Shown here piece after piece: positions 24,600-36,100 of a stretch of DNA of 64,000 bases. This DNA is from Macrostomum hystrix. Its lineage: Eukaryota > Animalia > Platyhelminthes. The stretch spans positions 6,262,001 to 6,326,000 of the forward strand of contig CATNEN010000003.1 in the NCBI GenBank assembly GCA_950097015.1, read 5' to 3'. The notes beneath the pieces are model-generated. The model made no database searches. It was not told the origin of the DNA and saw nothing but the letters and a program-made list of their open reading frames with translations. Both the position numbers and the translations under genes were made by a program. The stretch's first letter is position 1. Each line of letters starts with the position of its first letter.

Positions 24600-25100
24600 T
24601 GGACAAAGACCCCTAATCCAGTAACATATTTTGGACTGGACAAAGACCAATAACATTATAAAAACAAGGACCCACAATTCAGTAACATAATCTGAATAAA
24701 GACCCACAATCCAGTACCATGTTCTGGACAAAGACCCACAATTCAGTAACATAATCTGAATAAAGACCCACAATCCAGTACCATGTTCTGGACAAAGACC
24801 CACGATTCAGTAACATAATCTGAATAAAGACCCACAATCCAGTACCATGTTCTGGACAAATACCCCAATTCAGTACCATTTTCTGGACAAAGACCCACAA
24901 TTCAGTAACATAATCTGAATAAAGACCCACAATCCAGTACCATGTTCTGGACAAATACCCCAATTCAGTACCATTTTCTGGACAAAGACCCACAATTCAG
25001 TAACATAATCTGAATAAAGACCCACAATCCAGAATTATGCTTTTGACAAAAACACACAATCCAGTGTCACAAATGACATAAACTGGACAAAGACCCTTAA
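24600..25100. repeat. Minisatellite, 32-bp subunits (64-bp dimer)
   Basis: AAGACCCACAATTCAGTAACATAATCTGAATA alternating with AAGACCCACAATCCAGTACCATGTTCTGGACA. Confidence 0.9.
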
Positions 25101-25689
25101 TACAGTGCCAAAATCTGAACAAAGACATCTTAAAACAGAATTTGGGTGTGACAATGAAAACAAAATAATGTTTGTAATTCTCGAAACAGAGACAAAAAAG
25201 CAAGCTAGCCAATGAATGCACTTAGATGTATCTTTTGTATTTGTTAATTCTTTTCAGCAAACAGATCGTGTAATAATACAAAAAATAAATACATCAAACG
25301 AATTTGCTAACAAGATGAGAAGATTTGTGCATTCAAAACAGCAAATAGGCGTTCTTTAAAAAAGACAGGTGTGAAGAATACGTTGGTTCTGCTGCTAAAT
25401 CAAATCAAAGTACTGCAACCTGAATATTAACTGTTTCTACTCATAAAGAAGTTGTACATTATTGAATAAACTTATAAGGCTAGCTAAATGGGCGTACACT
25501 ACAATTTTAACTAACATTCAAACGAAATGAAGTAGATGGACCAACGAATAAAACTCTGTCACTGGCGTTATTTAAAAACTCTTTTGTTTGCAAAAATAGC
25601 TTTCTAAGACATAATCTTAAGACATGCTATCAGACAATTAGCAATTGTAAGATAAAAACTTTTTTATTTATACTCAGCTCACCCACACC

Positions 25690-25950
25690 ACTGCCTGCCC
25701 CATGAGGCACCCACTACACTCCCTGCCCACTAAAACAGCAACCTCACTCGCTGCCCACTAAGACACCCACCACACTCCCTGCCCACTAAGACACCCACCC
25801 CACTCCCTGCCCACTAAGACTTCCACCTCGCTCGCTGCCCACTAAGACACCCACCCCACTCCCTGCCCACTAAGACAACCACCTCACTCCCTGCCCACTA
25901 AGACACCCACCTCACTCCCTGCCCCTCACGTACCCATTTCCCCTGTCCAC
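25690..25950. repeat. Minisatellite, ~30-bp unit
   Basis: CACCCACCTCACTCCCTGCCCACTAAGA units. Confidence 0.85.
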
Positions 25951-26136
25951 TGAGTCACCCACTTTACCAATTGTCTCGTGAGACACCAACCTCACAGCAA
26001 GATACATTAAAACAGCGTAGTCTTTGAAAATTTCAACTTAATCTCTTAGAACTATGCAAAAAAGTTCACAATCCAAGAATCAAATAGACCGATAGGGACA
26101 GACAGAAAAATGCTCAGTTGATTATGAATAAAACAT

Positions 26137-28974
26137 CTAGCCAGCGCCACCGGCAGCCTCAGCTTCCGCTGCCATAATGCTAGGCATAACTCGAGTGATC
26201 ATAATGCCTACGCCTTCAATCAGGCCTAGCAGCACAGCGCCAATCAGAGCTTGAGCAACCATAGCTGCTGGACCCTGTCGAACAGCCAATAAAGCGCCGG
26301 TAGCAGCGCCAGACATAATGCTATTGTATGGATCTTCTTTCTGTCTAACGTAGATTAGCGAGCATTCGGTTGTGGCAAATGTACCGCCCCACATGGCAAA
26401 AGCGCCGCCTAAAACTGGCGCCCTCTGGCGGACATTGGACAGAGCCGAGATGAGGCGCATGTGCTGACTAGATGGCGCCGTGCGGTAGCCTTTGTAGAAG
26501 TGCACTATACTGCCGCCGATGGCGCCCATTGTGTAAGCACCACCGAGGTCCGATACAATGCGCCAGGGACTGAGAATTTAGTTTCCAAAGTAAGGCTAGT
26601 ATAAGTTTCAGATTGATGATTGTCTTTTAATACTATGGTCAAAATTGCAGAACATAAAAAAAGCTTTCTAAATAAATATTGTATTTTATAACTATAGAGA
26701 CACAAGTGTTTTTAAGAGACATTGGGTACAGAACTAGTCTTTTTTAATTAATGATTAATGAATACATAAAAAAATAACTCAGCATTAAAACTTTTCAAGT
26801 AGAAAAAAATAATTAGCAAAAATCAATTCATTTATTTGATGACACATTTTGCACAACAGTGTGCATCTTCAGGTTTATTTTAAATGAAGAAAATGAGTAG
26901 TGAAGTGAATAAATATGAAATTTTTCATGGTGTACATTTAATCAACATTTTAAGTACATTTTTGTTAGTCCATAAGTTGAGAGGCAAAGTCCAGGGACAG
27001 ATTGTAAGTGTTGCAGCCAACAATACAGAATGTATAGCCAGTGCCCCCTCCCTCAGAACACACGGAGAACATGGCCTATGTGACTGTTGGAATTGAGTGT
27101 TGAGGTTGGGGGAATGTGCTTTAATGTAGAATGCTTCAAGAATCTGCAGTTTGGAGTCAAATGAGCATTGGTCAATGACTTTGAAGTGCTCTTAGGGTCT
27201 GCAGCTAGAGCAGCTATTACATTCTAAGAGATGGTTTTGAATAGCCTATGGCTTCAGAAAAAATAGAAAAAAAAACATTTTTATAAAAAGCTTTGGCTCT
27301 AGAAACCATTGGCTAGCAACCCTAAATTTTTTCACTGACTCCTCTTTGTGCATAGTTAGTTCTCTTAGTGCATAGTTAGTCTATTAAGATTCTACAAAAA
27401 AGGAAAGATCTTCATGCAGTTCTTTGAGAAGGGCACACAATAAGGTAGCCAAAGGCCAAGTTATTTAACTTTCTAATTGCTGTTCTTTAAGCTGTATGTA
27501 GGGTAATGTATCATCAACCGAACAGTGTATCTTCAAAACCGAACAAGAATTTTGACTTCTTCCTTGGTCTTATGCAAGACAGAAACAAGCTATTGTGTTT
27601 CACAGAACAACTAATTTGAAAGTTGAAGAAATTATCTACAAGCTGAGGCATGATGTGCAATGAAGCATTAAGAGGAAAGAAAGATATTGATGTTTCAGTA
27701 GAAATTTTTATTGCAAAAGCATACTTTTTAACAACATTTTTTCAGTATGTACTTTAGACTAAGATTGTATGTGGTTGCTTGCCAATTAAATGACCATAAA
27801 TGTAGTTATTTATAGAGCATGAAAAATGCCTTCAAATGACATAATTCATGATAGTTAACTCCTTAAAATAAGATTAAACCACTCACTCAAATTTTAAAAC
27901 CAAACATCAAATTCTCTGTTTGGTTTGAAGATGCATGAAAATCATTGTTCGGTTTTAGAAAAAAAAGCAGGAATAACTTTTTTCTATTTGATAAAATAGC
28001 AAAAGCAGATACTTTTTAGAAAGATGTAACTGCTTTCTATAACTTGGCTTTTGATTTATCATCATATCTTAAATAGAAAATCTGTAGCTTAGGTTTGAAG
28101 TTAAAAAAATACACATTCTTGTTTGGTTGATGATACATTACCCTAGGGGGAATCAGAATGAAAAAACATTTTCTTTACAATATAGCACTTCAATATAATG
28201 ATAGCTAGTTTCTAGAATAAAACAAGAATTAATCATTTTTCTAACTTTCATAATTGGACTACATACTTTAACTAGGAATTAAATATAAATATAATTAAGT
28301 GAACCTAAAATGTGTGATCCTTATTTGTTGCTCTATTGCCATTGGCAATAAAAAGTTCTTTGTGAATGAAAAAAACATTAACAAACAAATGGATGAAAAA
28401 AAGATTTACATTATCAATTAAGAGCAGTTTTTAGGAATTAGAACAAATAACAATAGTACAATAAACAAATAGAAAACCTGCATAGCTATCTAGTCAACAA
28501 ACAAATATAAAATCAATCAGACCTCTTTGACATAGTCATAGGGCAGTAGAATAGCAATAGGCCTACTGTATGCTAGCAAATACAGGTGGTTGTCTGTCAT
28601 GCCATTGTAGCTACAAATAAGACAGAACAATATTAATTGGACGAGCTAGAACTTGCTGGCTAAATTATCAATTATCAATAGGGACTAGCCCTTCAAAAGT
28701 TCAAGCAATTATCAAAATTTATTTATTACTTACATAACTGATAACACACTGCACTTACCCATACTACATTATTATCTAGCTATAACAGGTAAAAATGCGA
28801 CAATGTAGTTTAATAAGCTTTTTATAAGATCATTTTAGTCTAGTTTTATGAGTCTTGCGAAATAGTAGGGGGGCCTACATAAAGAAGCGATTTATTTAAA
28901 AAAATATTTCGAAACAAATTTGCTTAAGTTCATAGCCAAATTACTTACCACGGATCTCTGGTATATTCTTCCAT
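26137..28974 (-). CDS. TIMM17: Mitochondrial inner membrane translocase subunit Tim17 (exons 28949-28974 and 26137-26569)
   Basis: Spliced N-terminus [28 protein letters not shown], then [14 protein letters not shown] and [17 protein letters not shown], all Tim17 signatures. Confidence 0.95.
27090..27245 (-). mobile_element. Degenerate Penelope-like (GIY-YIG endonuclease C-terminus) relic in the Tim17 intron
   Basis: Minus translation [39 protein letters not shown] resembles the PLE endonuclease terminus; contains a stop. Confidence 0.6.
27501..28143. mobile_element. Non-autonomous DNA transposon (MITE) with a TA target duplication
   Basis: TIR GGGTAATGTATCATCAACC(G/A)AACA at both ends, flanked by TA on each side. 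Confidence 0.8.
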
Positions 28975-30161
28975 TAATAAGCAGGTGACTTCGTAAAGTA
29001 ATTTTAGCACTTAAACACACTTCGTAGCAATATCGAGACAGACAGCCCCGCTTGTAGTATATACTGTGTCTAAAAATAAATCGTAAAAATTTAATCTCTA
29101 AAATAAAAAATAATTCTGATTTTAAATTTATAGCAAATCATAACAAACTAGAGTAAACTGCGATTTATTTATCGTTAGAACTATCTATAAAAGTGAATAA
29201 AAACTTTAAAAATACAAAAATGTAAAAAGCTGCGATAAAATTTAACTTTTTGGCTATTGGAGACGTGAACACTTTTTTCTACATTTTTTACATTGTCATG
29301 TCTCGGAACTTCAGATCTAACTAGCTAGTTTTCTGTTATTCTTCGTGTTGCACAAAGAATCTTCACTGACAGTTGCAGTCTTGTGGTGTTTAAACCGGCC
29401 ACAGTAGTTTATAGAGAATACTAGATAGTAAAAGTAACACTAGCTCGGATGCTCGGATGATTTTAACAAAGTTTTATTCGAACCGCTGTCTCATAATTTT
29501 GATTATCGTAAATAGACAATGCCTGTCAAGTAAGCAAAGACGGAGTAATCGAGTATGTGTATTCCAGTTCTAAATACAGAGGAAGCTTTGGCGGACTTGA
29601 TCAGAGTCAGTGACCATGCATGTTAACCCTAACATGAAACATTAATGAAACTATTTGAGTTGAAAATAAGTAAACATATCCTGTGCTGAATGAAAGGGTC
29701 GAATTGAGTTAGTAAACAAGTATTCTCTCTGTTTTCAATAGTTACGTCACTTTTAATGCAATTAAATGCCTAGCTTAATTACAATACAATGCATTAGAGC
29801 GTCTCAGAGATACATCGAAATTTAAATTACATGATTTGCAATGTTTTATCAATTAAATAATGAAATTAATCTTTTAAAATGTACCGACATTAGGCAACTA
29901 CTTACAAATTTGAGTTTGTAAGTAGGATATAAAAACTATTGGAAGCGGATAGTATGCCAAGCGGCAGCAAGGAATGATAGCTCGTAAATTATTGAGGGAC
30001 TGAGAAACACACCTAAAAGACACCTGGCACCTGTAACGTTACGGCAAGAAAAGTTTCACCATAAACCATTAGAATATCAGTAATAGAAGAAAAATCCGAT
30101 TTCTAATTGAATTTTTAATTTTTTTGTCCACAATCTTTGCCACAATCACAACGCTACCAGA

Positions 30162-33100
30162 TTACCACCAGGAAGTAGTTAATTGTTTCTGCATTGCCCT
30201 ATGCCGTTCAGAGTCTGAGAAATTGAGCACAGTGCACAATGCTGTTAATACTGTTTTCTTGGCACCGCAATCATCGGACAGAGTGAGGTATCGATAGACC
30301 AGATTGCGAACGTATTCAGCAGATTCCAATGTTGGCTGCTGACAGCGAGCCAGCTGTACTCGCAGGTCGGCAATCACCTGACGCTGCTCAGCCATCTCGG
30401 CTTGAAGAGAGCGCAGCCGGTGCTCCGCCTGTCGGCGCGCATCGCGCAAAGCGGCAACGTCGGCCTGAGCGATGGCGCCTTCCAACTGGGCGTGGACGCT
30501 GGTGCAGGCGGCGGCGCTTGACCGCAGGCTGGATAGCTGCAAAAACGAATGTAAAACGAATTGCCTCTCGCACCACGGTCCCTAAGTTCGATTCCACAGC
30601 TTGGCAAATTTTTTTTGGGGCGCAGCCGCGAAGAGAAGGCTTGTCGGCTTGTCGTGCAATTTACGCTGTTGAGGGCCAACCTCCAAGGCACAGTGAGGGT
30701 TTACACTGCCTGACGATGAGAAAGTCAGGGCAGATGTACACACCTGTGTGAGCGTGTGCCTGCGTTCAGTATCTGTGTGCTTGTGTGCTCAGGAGTCAGC
30801 GAAATGGGCAGAATTCGCCTCCTCGCTGGCTGTGGGTCTAGTGCCACTAAAGTGCCTGTATATTTGCCTGATTTCACTTTTCGGGAATAAAAGCTTCGTA
30901 AAATTCGTTGGAGAAACATATTACGTAAGTTACGTAAGTCAAACAAAAAGCAAAAACAAAAAATATAACCATTTTATGAGAAAATTTAACTCTTTTTTAA
31001 TTAGAAGCCACCTAAATAAACCACGAAAGAAGCGATATAATTGTAAGGTGATTCATTTTCATATACGCACAATAGTACAAATCCGTTTTAAATAAAAATA
31101 TTTACGAAAAAATTAGGGAATTTTGTATCGTTTTCGTAAAAAAAGAAATTTTATAGTTCAATTGATTTATTCAGTTCTCATTTAAATATTGCCTTTCTGT
31201 GATGGTGATGGAAAATCACGCGATTTAACAAAGGGGGCCTCAATCCAAAACTGGTTCAAATAGAATTTCGATAAGTCAAAGAAGTGACGTATTCTTAGAC
31301 AATTACCTAGACCCATTCACAGACTAAGGTAGCGTACTTAGAATATCTCCCAGTTCTAACGTCCTAACTCACCAAAAGTGCGGCGTCAGTTTCGCCGGCA
31401 TCGCGTCCAGCCAAACTGACACCTCCAATTCTGTTGGCCTGCGTTGCGGCCTGCAGAGCCCTCAGTTCGGCGTCCTTGTCGGCCAATAATCGCAGCGTTC
31501 TATCGCGATGCCTGGCTAGCTCTGCTTCGGCCTCCAACGCTCGCGCGGTCAGTTCTCGACGCAGTCGACAGATTTCGTCGCGTTGACGACGCTCGGCCGT
31601 TGCAAGCCGTTCCTGGAAAGTCTGCTCACGTTTAGACGCTTCAGTCTCTAAAGCTTGGCAGCGGTCTCGACAAGTTCTTAGGTCGCGTTGCAGTCGCTGC
31701 AGTTCACTTTGTGTCATGGCTGGGGCTTGACTCGAAGACGTCAAAGGTGGCGGAGGCGTTGGAGGTGTGGTTAGCAGTCGAAGCCTGTAGGCATCTAATT
31801 CCCCGCGCAATTGGCGAATCTAGAATGGAGATAAACTGTCAATAATCAATCATTCACAGCTCCGAATTTGAACTGCTGGCATTCATTACCATGGCTTAGT
31901 GACAAGTATGACAAAGATCGAAATATCACAACGTCGAACGACACTATCATAAGATCGTAATGTCACAAACCTCGAAAGACACTCTTTTATCAGATCGAAA
32001 TGTCACAAACCTCGAAAGACACTCTTTTATCAGATCGAAATGTCACAAACCTCGAAAGACACTCTTTTATCAGATCGAAATGTCACAAACCTCGAAAGAC
32101 ACTCTTTTATCAGATTGAAATGTCACAAACGTCGAATCACACTCTTTTATCAGATCGAAATGTCACAAACCTCAAAAGACACTCTTTTATCAGATCGAAA
32201 TGTCACAAACCTCGAAAGACACTCTTTTATCAGATCGAAATGTCACAAACCTCGAAAGACACTCTTTTATCAGATTGAAATGTCACAAACGTCGAATCAC
32301 ACTCTTTTATAAAAGATCGATTTTTCACAAATTCGAAGCTACCCCTGCTTGTAGTGACGTAGACTTCTCTCACCTGTTCCTGACATTGTGCGTGAATCTC
32401 TGTCATAGCAACAGAATCAGCGTCAGAATTCAAAGCCATAGCGGAGCTATAATAGAATGCAGACGAGGCATCATCTGATTTGCCTGACTCAGTGGAAATT
32501 TGCTGGAATGCAAAAAGTAAAATCAATAGTCTGTGTTTCTATTATCATCAGAAAGACCACGGCTTCGTATTTCAACTACCCGCTGCCTACGTCACGATAG
32601 CTCCCAAACCAAATGACCGATTTTCGTGAAAGTCGGAAAATTTATGGATCTTAAATCTGTCACCCATTGTGATGAACTAACTTTCAAAGTCGTCCGAGTC
32701 AGCATAGCCGAGATATTCAGCGATTCTGGTTGAAGACGCTGGCGGCAAGGACAACGAACATTGCTCTGTGAAAACCTTTATGGCGAATCCATTTAGGTGG
32801 TCCGTGGTCTTTCGACAGTTGAAAAGCTAATGCCCAATAAAGCATATCTCAAGAATGTCTTTCAAAAGCACAAACCTGAGCTAGTGATCTTCGCTGGACC
32901 GGCTCGACAACTGCAACAGGGTGGGCGCCAACGCTGGCGCCAACTTCAACAGCACCGACGGCGCCGGTGCCGGCGGCAGTCGCAGCCGCTTGCAGCAGTT
33001 GACGCAGTTGACGATTCTCGCAATCCAGACATTCGATGCGCTCCCTAAGGCGACCAGCTGATTTTGCGTCCGCCTGACGACCAATTAGCAGGTAACCAAG

Positions 33101-36100
33101 GGTTTATGCTTGAGGATTTCAGAATCTTGGATACAAATTTACCGCATTATGAACTAGGATCAAAATAAGGGACGTTCGACCTTAGAAACTGGGGAGATGA
33201 TGCATGAATTGAGGATCTGGGAAGATTGGAATCGAACCTGAGGATTTTAGAAGATGGGAATCGTACCTGAGGATCTGGGAAGATTGGAATTGAACCTGAG
33301 GATCAGGGAAGATGGGAATCAAACCTGGGGATCTGGAGATGGACCCCAGTCAAAATCCCGTCAGCACGAACCTGCCGCCTGCGTTCGGCCTCGCCCAAAC
33401 TTGCAGCCAGCTGAGCCACTCGAGCTTCTAGCTCGGCTGATCGCGATTCTCGCTCGCCCATGGTGGCAGCAGCTTCGGCCAGACGCGATTCCATGACTCG
33501 CTCCAGTCTAGTCAAGGCCTGACGATGAGCTACCTCCAGGTTGGCGACTGCTCTGTCAGCGTCTTCGAGCTTCTGACGAAGATTGGCCAGTTGGGATTCG
33601 GCCTGTGGGCAAGAGTGGGCATGGGATCTTAATAATGGCCTGAACAGACAGTCTCAGACACACACAGACAGTCTCAGACACACACAGACAGTCTCAGACA
33701 CACACAGACAGTCTCAGACACACACAGACAGTCTCAGACACACACAGACAGTCTCAGACACACACAGACAGTCTCAGACACACACAGACAGTCTCAGACA
33801 CACACAGACAGTCTAAGACACACACAGACAGTCTCAGACACACACAGACAGTCTAAGACACACACAGACAGTCTCAGACACACACAGACAGTCTCAGACA
33901 CACACAGACAGTCTAAGACACACACAGACAGTCTCAGACACACACAGACAGTCTCAGACACACACACAGACAGTCTCAGACACACACAGAAGTCTCAGAC
34001 ACACACAGACAGTCTCAGACACACACAGACAGTCTCAGACACACACAGACAGTCTCAGACACACACAGACAGTCTCAGACACACAGAGACGAGGCCATAC
34101 TCACAGCCTGTCTTGCGCTAGTCTCCTCGGCCAGTCGGGCGCTGATGGCTCCGCTATCAAGCTCCAGTTTAGCCTGCTGTCTGGCTCTAGTCCGGAGCTC
34201 ATTCAGTTGGCTTTCTAAATCGCGTCTGACTATTGCGCAAGAATCTAGATCGCGCTTCTGCTCAGCTACAGTGCGTTCGAATTCCTCCTGGTTTGAGTCA
34301 GAAAAAGAAAATCAATCATTGCCCTATAGTCAATATTTCAAGTCACAGCTCCATTATAATATTTAAGACGTTGCTATGGCACGATAAATCCATGAAATCA
34401 GGGATAAATAATTGGGGGAGGTGAGTGGAAGAGCGGTTTGCCTCTCGCGTCAAGGTCCCTGAGCTCGATTCCGCGGCGAGAGCACATTCATTTGTCGAGC
34501 AATTTAAGCCATTGAGAGCCAATCTACCAGGCACAGTGAGAGTGTACACTGCCTGACGATGACAAAGTAAGGGCTGGTGAACACGTCTGTGTCACCACAT
34601 GATGTGCCAGTAAGACAGGGCTCTTGCAAAAATCCTTTAAAAAACTCCTACTCCTTTAAGCTCCTACTCCAAGCCTGGTATTCTGTGGAAAAGGAACGCC
34701 CGGAATACTGACTGGACGGCCTTTGCGGAATCCGTGAAGCGCCAGACCAACCAGTTAGAATCCGTTGTTCCTGCCACCTGTCAAGAAGTGGACGATCTGG
34801 CTGATCTACTCAGCATGACCATCTTGACAGCTCATGAAACCTCTTGCCCTCTTAAAGCCTACAAAGGCAAAAAATCCGCTCCCTGGTGGAACCCAGCGCT
34901 TGGAACCCTCCGGCGAAAGGCCAAATCCCTCCAGCGGATTGCGCGGAAAAGCAAGGACCCAGCTGACCTGACCGCCTACCAGAATGCGATTCGTGACTTT
35001 AAGCGTGACACCAGGAAAGCGAAGTCCGAAAAGTGGCGCCAATACTGCTCCGAGCTGGAGGGCGCCCGCCCAACTTCTCGCGTTGTAAAAGCGCTCACTC
35101 TTGACAAAATGTCGAAGCTCTCAGTGATCAAAAGACCGGACGGCCGGCTTGCTGAGAATCCTGGCGAATCGCTGGACATCATGCTCGCCAGCGCCTTCCC
35201 CCAGACTGCGCCGCTTCAGGACCCGCCGGACCACACTCCGGGTGGACACATCCTTGCGACAACTATTATCACTAGAGAACGGACAGCTCGCGCTGCTAAC
35301 TCCTTCTCGCCTTTTAAGTCGCCTGGACCTGACAACATTTACCCCGCCTTCCTACATGAAGCGGTAAAAAATGACAGGTTCCTCGGCCTCCTTTGCAACC
35401 TGTTCAAGGCCTGTATCACCCTCGGGTACGTACCCAGGTCTTGGCAGGAAGCCACTATCGTCTTCATCCCCAAACCTGGGAAGGGAGACTACCACTCCGC
35501 CAAAGCCTTCCGCCCCATCAGCTTAACATCTTTCTTTCTTAAGCTGCTTGAAAGGCTTGTTCTTTGGCGCCTCCTTCACGTTGAGCTGAGGAACTCCCCG
35601 CTCTCCGCCAACCAGCACGCCTTTCGATCCGGACGTTCCATCGAAAGTGCTCTGCATGCCATTGTCGACAAGCTGGAGCGCGCCGTGCTTGGCACCGGTT
35701 TTGCTCTCTCGCTTTTCCTCGACATTGATGGTGCCTTCGACAATGTGCTCTTCGGAGCCTTTAGGCGAGCCCTGGAACGCCGGGCTACGCACGAGCACCT
35801 CACCCGCTGGATCATGTATATGATCTCTCACCGAACTGCCACCTCGCACCTGCTTGGACACTCCCGTTCTGTGAATGTCCAGAAGGGAGGCCCGCAGGGT
35901 GGCGTTCTCAGTCCGATCCTTTGGAACCTTGTCATGGACGAACTGCTCTGCAGCCCTGACCCGGACCCGGTCCAAAAAATCGGCTATGCTGACGACGTCA
36001 CCGCCACCGTGGCCGGACCGTCTCCCCCGGTCCTTAGAGACCTTCTGCAAGCTTTCATCCACCGTGCCGAACGCTGGGCCAATGGCTGCGGCCTCAAACT

